The notes: generated by a model from the letters alone, not told the origin. 63,386 bases of DNA, filler included, from Octopus bimaculoides (GCF_001194135.2; 5 parts of 5 records of this genome joined end to end with filler, not necessarily neighbours in it), one strand, 5' to 3'. Shown: positions 35,400 through 47,535, counted from the first letter of the whole stretch. Numbers and translations are program-made.

Positions 35400-36995
35400 C
35401 TGTATATATTGGTAGGTTGTTAAAATAAACACACCAGATTGTTTATTTACAAAGTCATAGGATATGAAAAAAGGAGGAAGAAAGAAGGAAAGAAGAATTT
35501 TAAAAATAGGAAATAAAAGAAAACAAAGAAAATAAAGGGGAAGAAAGGAATGACAATTCACAGCGACAATGTTCTTCTCAATGTGTGACGTACCAGTTCA
35601 GTCATTCTTTTGCACTTCTTGCATGGATGGTAAGCCAGGGATCATCCTCAAATAATTTCCAGTTCCATTTTTGATTGTTCCAAGTTCTCCTGCAATCACT
35701 GGTATTGTAACCGTCTTGAGATGCCACATCTTTTCAATTTCAGTTAGCAAATATTTATATTTTCTGAGCATATAAAATTTTTTGCCGAAATATTATGATT
35801 ACAAGGTATGCGCACGTCAATCAATAAACATACTTTCTCGTTTTGGTCTTCACAACAATATTTGGTTTATTTGCTTTGATGATCTGGTCTGTATGTAATA
35901 GAAAGTCCTAAAGAATCGTTACATTTTCTCCCTGTTACAGCCTCAGGGTGATGTTTGTACCATTTGTGTGCAGTTTTGATTTCATAATGCTGACATGTTA
36001 ACCAGTGCAGATACTGGCCAACTCTGTCATATCTTCATTTAAACTCTATAGGTGCAAAACACCCAGTGATTTACATCCAGAAATTAGGTAGTCCGTTGTT
36101 TCAATCCCATCGTTGCAATATCGGTACTTTGGATCTACTCCATTTTTCATCAGATTGGCTAGGTAGTTACGGGTCATTAAACTCTGATCTTGAACAGCTA
36201 AGTTAAAGCCTTTACTCTCTGCCTTTAGCCCTGAGCTCCGTAGTGACTGATGGGTGTGCTTCTGGCCTACATCAGCATGTTTGCTATGGGCCACATATTT
36301 GCCATGTAGAGGTCTTTGTTCCTATCAGTCAATTCTCCAAACATTTTTTTTCCTTTGCCATTGATTTCACCTTCTTCGCAACATCAGTTGCCGCACTTTC
36401 ATCATGCAGTTCAACCCGGGTTGAACAGCATTATGTAAGTGCATGGACTCACTAGCAATTTTTTTTTTGCTCTCCTTCATGACAGAATGAAGTTTCTTAC
36501 GTCTCCCGTGGTTTTCAACGAGTTTTAGCATCCAGTCGTTTGATCTTTCAAGATAATTGGTCAATCCAATTGTAGTGGTTTTGTAAGAGATTTCAAATTG
36601 GATCAGACCTTGACTTCCTTGGGCTCTGAGAAGGTAAAGACGATCTGCATCTGCCTTTAGATGGTGCATCTTATTGCAAGTCAGCATCTTACGGATTTTC
36701 CTGTCAGTTTTCTTTATTTCGCTGATATTCCAGTTCAACACTTTGAAATTATAAATAACACCTGGAACTGCTAACGAATTTGATTAACACCTTGTTACGT
36801 GCATTTAACTCAGATTTCAGGACTGCTCTAACATTCTTTTCTGATGCTTTCTTTCGTGCTTGCATGCTGAATGCCAGAGCCCCCATTTATTCCAAGGAGT
36901 TTGTAAGTTTGTTCCTGCTCAAGTTCTTTTATAACTGTGTCAGCATCTAACACCGCTGAATATGAGGTCTCCAATTTCCCTTTCTGAAGAGACCT
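35400..36995 (-). mobile_element. Dong/R4 retrotransposon copy B (5'-truncated, 3' end present)
   Basis: VRAVLKSELNARNK...KADADRLYL...PLHGKY...QDQSLMTRNY...IDVRIP...EKYKYLLTEIEKMWHLKTVTIPVI. This covers RT thumb, knuckle region and restriction-like endonuclease. Confidence 0.88.
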
Positions 36996-37100
36996 TGACA
37001 AATTGTTGTTGTTGTTGTTGTTGATTTTGGTGTTAGTGTTGTTGTTGTTGTTGTTGTTGATGATGATGATGATGATGATGATGATGCTGTTGTTATTCAT
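36996..37100. repeat. (GTT)n/(GAT)n tract separating Dong copies A and B
   Basis: Directly visible. Confidence 0.9.
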
Positions 37101-37104
37101 ATCG

Positions 37105-40100
37105 ACTCAACAGATTAGACTGGTGGAAAATAAAAGAATCCTAACATCGGTCTACAACAAGTAGCCTTAAGTGCCAAGCACCCTCCTATTGTGTTACAGC
37201 AAGTAACCTTAGATACCAAGAATCCTCCTAAGTATCCTAGCTGTCCCTAATAATACTGTTTTCTGCTTATTTCCTCTATCCGTCTGTTCAGATCTTTAGG
37301 GGTAGTTCCCAATGCACCGATAACTACTTGGATACATTTTACCTGCAATTTCCATAGTCTCTGTAATTCAATGGTTAGGTACTTTGCTATTCTTTTCTGT
37401 ACTCACATTAATGTTTTCATCACTTGGTACTGTAAAGTCAATTATCTGGCACTTTCTATTCTCTTTATCTACTACTACCAAATCAGGCCTTCTAGCTTCT
37501 ATTACTCTGTCAGTCTAAATGTTAAAATCTCACAACATCTTGTATTTCTTACTTTCTCGTACTTTACTAGGTTCATGTTCATACCATTTATCAGTATGTT
37601 CAAATCTTAGCTCTCTGCATAGCTTCCAGTGGATTGCTCTCCCTAGGTTGTCATGTCTTTTCTTGCATTCTTTCTGTGCCAACATGCTACATTCACTTAC
37701 TGTATGAGTAACGCTTTCCTCTTTTGATTTGCATAATCTACATTGGGAATCTACTTGGCTTTTGTCTATCTTGGCACTTATCCAATAAATTTTCTTCACT
37801 ATAACCTACATAAAAGTTTACATCTACTCTAGTTAACTCCACGCAGTCTTCTATTGATATTAACCCTCTTCCGCGTTCCTTTCTAGGTAGTTATAATCTT
37901 GCTACTTCTGCCTTTGGGTGGAGTCCTCCATTCATATTGAATTCCTTCCTAGTTCTTCTGTCTAGCTTTGCTAATTCAGTTTTTGTCCAATCTACAAAAG
38001 CTACCGAGTATCTAAGTAATGATACTTTCCAAGTATTTACAATCTTCACTAGATTCGGACCATTTAGATTTGACTTCATTAGCTTCCTCACCCTTTTGAT
38101 GTACTTCTCAATTTTCGCTTTCGTTTCTGTAGTTAGTATTCTGTCAGATTCTACTACTCCTAAATGCTTATAACTCTCTCCTCTTTCAATGATTTTAGTA
38201 TCTGCTCATCTGGTAATTGGATGCCTTCGCTGTTGACTACCTGTCCCCCTTCTCACGACAAATATTGCACGCTTATCTATGCCAAATTCCATGCCTATAT
38301 CTTAGAGTCTGTATTAAGGAATTTATCTTTTTCTTATTCATACTAAAAAGCTTCATATCATCCATGTAGAGCAAATGGTTAATTTTTCCATTACTATTTC
38401 TGAACAGATACCCTGCTCTTGCCTACCTTAATACTAAACTGAGGAGCATCAAACATAAGACAAATATTAAAGGGGACAGCGAGCCTCCTTGGAAAATTCC
38501 TCTCTTCATATTAACGTTCCATAAGAGTGTGACGCTGAGTAGAGATCTACTTTCTGTTTCTTCATACTAAAGCTAATTAATTTTCTTAGGTTGTCTGCTA
38601 TACTGAATATACCCAAACATTCACTTATCCATGAGTGTGGGATCATGTCATAGGCTTTCCTATAATCTATCCATGCCATTGTTAGATTTTTCTTTCTAGC
38701 TTTTACTTCATTTAGAACTGCTTTGTCTATGTATAAGAGACCATTCGTTCCTCAAACCTTCTTCCTGTAACCTTTCTGTTCTTCCGGTAGTAAATTCAGG
38801 TTTTCAAAGTACTCGTAAATGCTTTCTAAAAGCATTTATGTTACCAGTTTCCACACTAATGGTAAGCATGTGATTGGTCCATAGTCGCTAGCTGTATTAC
38901 CCTAGCTCTTATCCTTCATAATGATTATTGTCCTCCCTATAGTCATCCAATCTGGCCTTATTCTTCCATTAAGGCAATCCTGAGGTTGTTCCATCAGCCT
39001 CCCATGTAAACTACTAAATTTCATTAGCCAGTACCCTTGAATTAAATCTGGTCCTGGGCCCTTCCAATTCGGCATTTTTCCTAACACTACTCATTAATGC
39101 TTTAGTTAATCTTAGATCTGGCTGCTTCCCACTCATTACTTCTTCCCTCACTTTCTTTAACCATACTGCAACTCCATTATGATTGACTGGTTTATCCCAA
39201 ATATTACTCCAGAACCTTGTAGCTTCTTCTGCATTAAGTTTCTCATCTTCAGTATTTCTTTCTCCACTATTTGATTATAAAATATCATCTGTTCCGTCTC
39301 AAATAATTTAATCTGTTGATACTGATCTATTTTCTTCTGTTATCTGGAGAGCTTACCTGCTACTGCTACGATACACTGTTTCAGCTCTTCTATTATTGCC
39401 CCAAATCCTTTCTCTTGACTATCTTTCCTCGAGGCAAGATTTGCCTCTTGTACCTCTAACTTGTTTGTTTTCCAGGCTTCTATTCTACTCAGATCCTGTC
39501 TTAAAATCTTCACTTTATTTTGTAGTCTCCTTTTCCACATTTGCTCTTTTTTTAATCTTTCCCTGTGAGATATCTGATCTTCTGGTGACTAATACTCCCC
39601 CTGCATAGATCAATATATTAGTGTCTCCAATAGTTTTATCTATCCTACTGATAACCGAATTTACTTTCCTAGTTATATCTAGCAGTTTCCTTCTGTTAAT
39701 TCCTTTTAATGCCGGCAATCTTTTTCTTGCTTCTTTACCCATTATTTCCTGCAACTCATCTAAAATCTTTTGATCTTCCTCACTTAAATCACTTAAATCG
39801 CCAGTTGTCCTTTCATTATTAGTACTGCTATTATTATTTTCTCTTTTAGGTTCTTTGGTTTGAACTGTATTTTTTATGTTGTTTGTTTTTCCTACTGCCC
39901 GGTCTTTCTTTTGCAGTTCTTTTTTAATCTCTTCTACCTCCACTTCTGTCATCCACTTCTTCTCCTAATAACATTAGCTTGATCAACTAATCTCTGCTCG
40001 GTCACTTTAAACATGTCCATCTCTACCCAAACTGTTAACATCCGTTTTCTATAGCCCCTTCTTTTAGGTTCACTTTCCTGTTTTCTTCGCAGGTCCCCTT

Positions 40101-40283
40101 CTTCCTCCTTGCTCTGTTATCTGCTGATGCTCTATTAGGATAACAGCTGTGATCAGTCTGCATCTTTACTGGACCACTGCCGAGCGAGAGGCCTTCCCTT
40201 AAAGGTCTAGCTTAATTTTCGCTGTTACAACCAGTGTGCTTCGGAAACTCTTGTCTCTCATAAACTGAGGTAAGGTAACGTTT
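37105..40283 (-). mobile_element. Dong/R4 retrotransposon copy A, near full length, degenerate single ORF
   Basis: N-terminal RGYRKRML...TEQRLVDQ. RT with NWKGPGPD, AWIDYRKAYDMIPHSW, GIFQGGSLSP and HLLYMDD (YMDD at 38357-38368). CRLC...H...C knuckle and RRPDLVVVDK...IIDF restriction-like endonuclease. Many stops and frameshifts. Confidence 0.93.
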
Positions 40284-40326
40284 ATCATCATCATCATCAT
40301 CATCAACATCATCATTATCATCATCA

Positions 40327-40376
<50 letters not shown>
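40284..40376. repeat. (ATC)n/(ATT)n tract flanking the 5' end of Dong copy A
   Basis: Directly visible. Confidence 0.95.
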
Positions 40377-41237
40377 GAGTGAGAGAGCAGGGCATGCCAT
40401 CAAAGTGACACTAGAGTGAAATATATGAAGTCCAGTTGCTGAGCTGAGACCCCCTTCGGTCATGACTGACCATGGGATTGAACCTAGAAAGTTAACCTCC
40501 CTGGCACAAGTCCGGGCAAAGATGTTCTATGGAAGACCAGCAGTCACCCATGCATACCGGCCTCCACTCTCCACGCCACTAGTGTTATCCAAGAGAAAGG
40601 AAAAGGCCGATACAGCTTAGCACCTGTGACGTCACAACTCATTTCTACACCTGAGTAAACTGAAGCAACGTGAAATAAAGTGTCTTGCTCAAGAACACAA
40701 CGCGCAGTCCGGTCCAGGATTCGAACTCACAACCTCACGATCGTAAGCTCGACGTTCTAACCACTGAGCCATGCGCCTTCACTATGAAGCCCAGTATACC
40801 CATCGTAACTACTTGTCTGATAAGAACACACAATGCACATGCATCACAACCATATGTGTGCGACATGGTGATCTCATATGAAGATAAACAGCGCATGACT
40901 TTGTAGGTGGAGCCCAGTTAGAATTTTCTTCAGGCCGAGTAGCTCAAAAGGTCTCTGAATAAGATTTGTTTAAGGATGATGAATGAAACACCCAGAGATG
41001 AATTATCTATGCCCCAAAGAATTCCTCTCAACACATGGCTATGATGCTCCTCTACTACTTTTGCTCGTGATCAGAGATGCACATATCGTCAGCCGCCAAG
41101 GGACATGCTCAACTGGTTAAGGTCAAACAACTGACAAGTAAATCTGTGGTATTGAGCAGAATATTTGCTGTAGCCCATCTTTTATACGAAGACAAAACAA
41201 TTTACATGATAACACTTCTAATCAGTTAAGATCATGG
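40377..41237. mobile_element. unclassified interspersed repeat bounded by (ATT)n-type tracts, interrupted by a SINE
   Basis: Its right end (AAGACAAAACAAT.TACATGATAACACTTC.AATCA.TTAAGATC) recurs at 44503-44588. No ORF homology seen. Confidence 0.6.
40437..40782 (-). mobile_element. SINE family C, full length, 13-bp TSD
   Basis: Head GAAGGCGCATGGCTCAGTGGTTAGAAC...GAGTTCGAATCC (A and B boxes). TSD is TATGAAGTCCAGT (40424-40436) / TATGAAGCCCAGT (40783-40795). Confidence 0.93.
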
Positions 41238-41289
41238 CATTATTGTTGTTGTTGTTATTGTTTTTATGGCCGCCAGCTTGACACGCCAC

Positions 41290-44200
41290 GCTCGACCTTG
41301 CTCCGTAGATTTTGTAAGGAAAAACACATAATATACTTATTTGTACCCTTGAAGTTTGTACCATCGTTGACAATAAGTAAATTGCTGTCGACTGATGAGT
41401 TTTTTTTCCTGTTTGGTCCTGGTTTGGGTGACAGGTCAATTGAATTAAAATTTTAGTCAAAAGTCTGTTTCGTTTTTCCCATCAATATGGAGAAAACACA
41501 ACAGGATACGGTGACGCTCATATGTGAGAGAGGGAGAGAGAGTGAGGAGCGTCACCAAACGTCAATAAGAGAGAGTGCGAGAGCAGCAGGCTATGGTGCG
41601 CTAGCTCCAAAAACAAACTACAGATCTGTTTTTGTCGATAAAATGCAGAAAATGACAAGAGGGTCAATTCTTTCAAGAAAGATCTCTTAGAGGATCTTTG
41701 GAAAAACAACGGCTCCAGTTTCAACAACATTTTTCGAAACAGAAACAATACCTTCGAAAATATAAATAATGACCCTTTCGTTAATGAAGCGGCGTACGAT
41801 TTCAGCACAACAACAACAATAACAGAAGCAGCAGCAGCAACAAGAACAACAGCCGAGATGGCAAACAACTATAAGAACGACGAGGGAACTGAGCAACAAG
41901 CCTGTGCAACGACTTGGAATAGCACTAAACTAGTGCTACCAAGTCCTCTCTATTTTGCTCTTCAGAGAATAAAATTCTCTGAAGAGCAAAATAGAAATGC
42001 CAGACAGCTAGTCGAGCGAGATGGGCTAGCTGTCAAACTAAACATCCCCATAGACACTATCCAAGGTACGCTGCGTCGCATAGGAAGAAGAAGAGAGACG
42101 CCAGGACTCAAATACAAAAAGTATTAGGCTACGTCTGGAACCTAAAGGAATATATGCAGAGAGGAAGGGGCTACGGGAAGTGATATTCCAAATAGAGGAG
42201 GAAGCTAAATCTTACTCTCTCAAGCTCCTCAAAAGTGAGGAGCTATTGCTGGTTCCCTTCTACTGCACCCAGAGACTGGCCAAAATAATCATACAACAGG
42301 TGCCGCCAGAAATATCCATTCCTTGGGTAATTGCTGCGAACACAATAGGCATCGAGGAAAACTCGAAAATCCTCGAAGTCTGTCAAACTAAAAAGGAGAA
42401 CTGGTCCGGGATGACGATAGAAATCCTCATCCAAACAACCCAAAAGAAGGTGGATTTCATCCCAGACCAGATCCATCTTCCTGGAAGCAGCATTATTCCA
42501 GTCACAGTAGATGGAAGGAAGGCAAAGTGCCACATTTGCCTTTCAATAACTCATCTAAAAGTCTTCTGCCCTAGACTGAGGGGAAAAGAGAGCCGGGCAA
42601 ACTAACAGTAGAAAGGAATAGAGTAGAGGTAGAGCTAGTCAGGAAGTTAGATGAGGCTTTAAGAAAAAGCATCGCGACCGACGTGCTCGCAGCGAGACGG
42701 CACTCGACCAATTCTTCAACTCGAAACGCGAAGGTTGCATGGTCAGAGCTAAAGCCCGTGCTCTTAGAAACGAAGAGACGAAAGCCGTTCAGTGGGCCCG
42801 AATTACAGAGGCACGACGTGGAAATAAATCCACAATCCGATCCTTGCCGGACCACGGCGAGCAAATGATAATTGATCCGAGGTAGATATGTCAGGTTTTT
42901 CAGCAGCGCTTCACTCAACTGTTCGGGAGTGGCGGTGAGCCGGGTCGCAGGATGGATTTCACGTCCTACCTCGACAGGATACTACGGCTCTCGATGACAG
43001 AGCGCTGCAAAGGGCCAATAACAGCCTTTGTAATACAGGAAGCAATGACAAGCTGCACGAGGAGTAAATCACCTGGTTTGAATGGTCTGCCCTACGAGCT
43101 TACATGCCAGACTTGTTCAGCGACCTCTTGGCAAACATTCACTGCAACTGGCAACAGAATGGGAGGATTCTCAGTGTTGTGAACCGAGGAGCGGTGACGG
43201 TACTGAGAAAAGAACCGAACAAGGAAGACTGTATAGACAACTTTCGACTCATAACTCACGGTTAGCGCTTGTCGTCAGTGATCTGGTTCAGGAGGCGCAG
43301 ATATATGTGATCCCGAAAAGATCCATCCACGACAGCCTCCACTTCATGTGATACACCATTGAGAAAGTGGCTAAAAAACCTGGTAGGGTGGGGCCCTGAT
43401 CAATTTAGATTAATCTAAAGCTTGCGATAGGGTCGACCATCTATACTTGGTGGCAGTCCTCAAGGCAGCCGGTTCCGAACCCGTATTCAGAGGCTGCATC
43501 GTTGCAATGCACAGTGACATCTGTTCAGTAGTCAGAAGGAACGGTCACCTCTCAGAACTGTCCAACATCATGCGCTCAGTCCAGCAAGGTTGCCCCCTCT
43601 CGTCCCTCTTGTATGTACTGACTCTCGAGCCACTACTACACAAACTGGAAAGGTTGAGGGGCGTCCCACTTGACCTAGAATGTGGGAGATGTGCTTCGAC
43701 ATAAGTCGACAACGTCACCGTAATGGTGTCGGAAAATAAACACATGGAAATGGTCAGCACCGCTCTCAGACACTACGAGGCGGTTTCAGGAGCGATGATT
43801 AACAAGGAAAAGTCAGTGGGATTGCGGTTCGGCATCGTTGGACGCTGGACGGACGGATTGGTTAAACTGCTCAGGGTCTGGTTTGGTCCGGACATCCAGA
43901 TGGACAAAAATTAGGACGATGTAACGAGCAGGGTTACTACTCTTACCCAGAAATTGGCCAAGGGGAAGCTATCCCTAAAAGGTCGAGCAGAGGTGCTAAT
44001 AACGCGTACATGGCATCCGTCATCTACTACCGTTTGACCGTCGTGCCTTGTCCCGGCCACCGTCTGATTACATTAGAACATATATTCTTACGCTTCTTGT
44101 GGAAGGGTCGCGTTCCGATGGTCAGGCGGTCTATCTGCTGTCAACACCCGCTGTGTGGTGGCCAGGGCATGCCGGAGTTGATAATGTGCAAACATGAGCT

Positions 44201-44402
44201 GAGGCTGCGACATCTCCAGCGCTTCCTTGACGGCCATTCGCCAGACACGTATTTCCCCAGCTGGTCTCTTTAACGGAACTGCAGTTCTGGATCAAACAGA
44301 GACCGAGAGAAAGCATTTGGAAAGTGTAATGACTTCAAGCCTTCAGCCAATCGGACACTGCGGTAGGTGGTACGTCCACTTTAACTTTCTGTAGAGTATT
44401 AG
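41290..44402 (+). mobile_element. L1/Tx1-like LINE, degenerate, endonuclease domain deleted, 3' end lost in gap
   Basis: ORF1 from ATG 41487 has the CCHC knuckle CHICLSITHLKVFC (about 42528-42569). The ORF2 remnant has SPGLNGLPYE, DRVDHLYL, SVQQGCPLSSLLYVLTLEPLL, a decayed YADD (*VDN, about 43702) and LSLKGR...FLWKG. Confidence 0.9.
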
Positions 44403-44446
44403 NNNNNNNNNNNNNNNNNNNNNNNNNNNNNNNNNNNNNNNNNNNN

Positions 44447-44458
44447 TTAATTAATTAA
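44447..44458. other. assembly spacer TTAATTAATTAA
   Basis: 44 N on each side. Confidence 0.95.
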
Positions 44459-44502
44459 NNNNNNNNNNNNNNNNNNNNNNNNNNNNNNNNNNNNNNNNNN
44501 NN

Positions 44503-44586
44503 ACCAAGACAAAACAATGTACATGATAACACTTCCAATCAATTAAGATCAGAAGCTATGAGAGCCACTGCCTGGTACTGCATCCG

Positions 44587-44588
<2 letters not shown>
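44503..44588. mobile_element. end fragment of the 40377-41237 repeat, abutting (ATT)n
   Basis: Near-identical to about 41188-41235, and extends further before the ATT tract. Confidence 0.65.
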
Positions 44589-44656
<68 letters not shown>

Positions 44657-44671
44657 ATTATCATTATTGGT

Positions 44672-44890
44672 AAGGTGGTGAGCTAGCAGACTAGTTAGCC
44701 CGCCAGGAAAATGTATAGAGGCATTTCGTTCCACTTTACGTTTTGAGTTCGAATTACTCCGACATCGTCTTTCCCTTTCATCTTTCGAGGTCGATAAATT
44801 AAATACCAGTGAAACGCTGAGGTCGATGTAATCGACTAGTCCCCTCCCCCAACATTTCAGGCCTTGTGCCTTTAGTGGAAAGAGTTATTA
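44672..44890 (+). mobile_element. SINE family A (first of a tandem pair)
   Basis: AAGGTGGTGAGCTAGCAGA head, B box, central domain and tail. Confidence 0.88.
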
Positions 44891-44898
44891 TAATTGGT

Positions 44899-45118
44899 AA
44901 GGCGGCGGGCTGACAGATTCGTTTCACACCGGATAAAATACTTTTCAGTATTTCATCTGACGTTACGTCCTGAGTTCAAATTTCGCCGAGGTCAACTTTG
45001 ACTTTCACCCTTTCGGGGTCGATGAATTAAGCACCAGTTCTATACTGGGGTTGATCTGATCGACTCTCGCCCTTACCCAAATTTCAATCTTTGCCCTCAT
45101 AGAAGAGAGGATTATTAG
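44899..45118 (+). mobile_element. SINE family A (second of a tandem pair)
   Basis: AAGGCGGCGGGCTGACAGA head, GAGTTCAAATTTC and CCTTTCGGGGTCGATGAA. Confidence 0.88.
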
Positions 45119-45299
45119 TAGTATTGGTATTGTTTTTATCGTTGTTGTTGCAGTCGCTATTCCTGCTGTTGTTGGTGCTGCTATATTTATAATTTCTGGT
45201 ACTATATCACGTAAGCATGGATCCTATCAATCCACGAAGTGTTTTACTTTGCCTTTTTCTCTTTTTTTTTTTTTGTAGCTCTTCAGAACAGGAACTTCA

Positions 45300-45750
45300 A
45301 TTCCAGACAAGTGTATTTTAACACATTTTTCCTTTCACACGCTATAGTATACTGCGTATTTTCTCAAATTTCCTCTTCTTTAATTATCTTGCTTGTATTT
45401 CACCTTAAGGCGTTCTTCAATCTTCACCTTGTATCCATTCCTACTCTCACGTAGTTCACTGTTTTGCTATATTATAATTTCCTGCTGCTTTTCGAGGCTG
45501 GATACCTTACTGGTTCTGACCATATTAATAATCTACATTTGTTTTGGTGATTATTATCTAAAATTAGATGTGGCTTTCTGACAGTCACGAGTTTTTGTAC
45601 GTGATATACAGCATTCCAATACTGTTTATATCCCTAGGTTCCAGGTTGCTCTTTATATTTCCTCCGGTTGTATATCGCATTAAATGTTTTTCAGACACTG
45701 TTTGCTGTGTCCATATTACTAACTAGTACGGCCATCAATTCAAGCTTTAG
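45300..45750 (-). pseudogene. possible very old Dong/R4 endonuclease fragment
   Basis: RKPHLILDNNHQNKCRLLI resembles the RPD(L/I)V...C.LID motif. The rest is heavily decayed. Confidence 0.3.
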
Positions 45751-45849
45751 TTGTTTTAACAGCATATTTCACATCGAAAATCTTACAACTAGACTGAAGT
45801 TAATTAGCGTTTCTTTCTTTCCTTGTTTTCTAATATAACCTGCATTTTT

Positions 45850-46045
45850 TCTATCTCTTTTACTCTTTTACTTCTTTCAGTCATTTTGACTGCGGCCATG
45901 CTGGAGCACCGCTTTTAGTCGAGCAAATCGAACCCAGGATTTATTCTTTGTAAGCGTAGTACTTATTCTATCGGTCACTTTTGCCGAACCGCTAAGTTAC
46001 GGGGGCGTATACAAACCAGCATCGGTTGTCAAACGTTGTTGGAGC

Positions 46046-46085
<40 letters not shown>

Positions 46086-46218
46086 NNNNNNNNNNNNNNN
46101 NNNNNNNNNNNNNNNNNNNNNNNNNNNNNNNNNNNNNNNNNNNNNNNNNNNNNNNNNNNNNNNNNNNNNNNNNNNNNNNNNNNNNNNNNNNNNNNNNNNN
46201 NNNNNNNNNNNNNNNNNN

Positions 46219-46258
<40 letters not shown>

Positions 46259-46460
46259 ATGTATACGGCGGGCTTCCTTCAGTTTCCGTCTACCAAATGC
46301 ACTCACAAGGCTTTGGTCGGCCCGATGCTATAGTAGAAGACACTTGCCCAAGGTGCCACACAGTCGGACTGAATCCAGAACCAAGTGGCTGGTAAGCACT
46401 GAACCCATAACCATCTGGTTAGTAAGCAAGCTACTTACCACATAGCCACTCCTGCATCTG
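45850..46460 (-). mobile_element. SINE family B, complete, with internal (TA)n/(TG)n microsatellite and gap
   Basis: 5' half at 46255-46460 (head and CORE-like motif). 3' half at 45850-46045 (GTAACTTAGCGGTTCGGCAAAAG...GGTGCTCCAGCATGGCCGCAGTC). Confidence 0.9.
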
Positions 46461-46759
46461 ATCGTAGACTTTTTCCTACGTTTTTACTGTTACGTTTTAC
46501 TTAACGTTTTCTTACGTTTTTACTTTACATAGTTTCTTCCATTGTACTCACGCCGCAGACTAATTTTCTTGAAGTGTATGTTAGAGTTTAGCCATCCTTG
46601 ATATTTTTATTCATCTAAGCTGTAAATTCTACGTTTTTGTAATTCCCGAGCTAAATTCCTATGATATCTGCTTTAATTTCCTTTTTTAGATGCAAATAGA
46701 TTACCTATTTATAAAAAATACAATTTTTCATGTACACATAACAATCTTTGTTGGAAAGA

Positions 46760-47180
46760 GTGCATCATCATGCCAAGTACGATTCGCTAAAATTCCACTC
46801 CTCAGTCCGAATCATCTTCATTGAGAGTGTGGAATATTCTTGGAATAGCAATGTTTCTTGGTGCCACTGACAGAGCATGACGCGGTCCCTCCCGGTGAAG
46901 AAGAGGAAGTGATTGTCCTCTGTTACCTCAAGGGAGGGCCTGTGGGACTGTATTTGGATAGCATTTTGAAAAGGCAACGGTATGACTCGGTCCTCATAGA
47001 CCACCCATGTGTGTGCGGAGGTCATAAATTATAGTGAAAAAGCAAAGATAGAAACAGCTTGTGATAAGGAGGACTTTGCCTCCATTGATCCGGGCCAACC
47101 AAAGCAGGTTTTCCTGCAAGCAACAGGATACTTGCTTGGTGGCCCAGATGATGAAGATTAATGTGTTAAATTTTTTCATT
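46760..47180 (+). pseudogene. possible highly decayed L1/Tx1 3' end
   Basis: GC-rich island with a loose resemblance to the 26.7-kb fragment (KAKIE..., LVAQMMKIN). Weak. Confidence 0.2.
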
Positions 47181-47392
47181 TACTTGTATTGAACTATATT
47201 GAATGTATTGAACAATGTTTTCGAGGGGTTATCGGTCGGCGGGCACCGGTACCCCTCCCATCATTATTTCATCTTTTGTTATCACTCTCATCTCATTAAC
47301 GTCTGTGTCCAGCCCGCAGCTACTTTATGTTTGTCTGTCCTTGTTTGTCCCCTCTTTGTAAGGACTTAATGGCCAGTATTTAATGAAATAGA

Positions 47393-47535
47393 GTAGCTTG
47401 CTTACGAACCACATGGTTCCAAGTTCAGTCCCACTGCGTGGCATCTTGGGCAAGTGTCTTCTATTACAGCCTCGGGCCCACCAAAGCCTTGTGAGTGGAT
47501 TTCGTAGACGGAAACTGAAAGAATCCCGTCGTATA
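47393..47535 (+). mobile_element. SINE family B 5' half
   Basis: AACCACATGGTTCCAAGTTCAGTCCCACTGCGTGGCATCTTGGGCAAGTGTCTTCT...GGAAACTGAAAGAATCCCGTCG, then (TA)/(TG). Confidence 0.9.
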
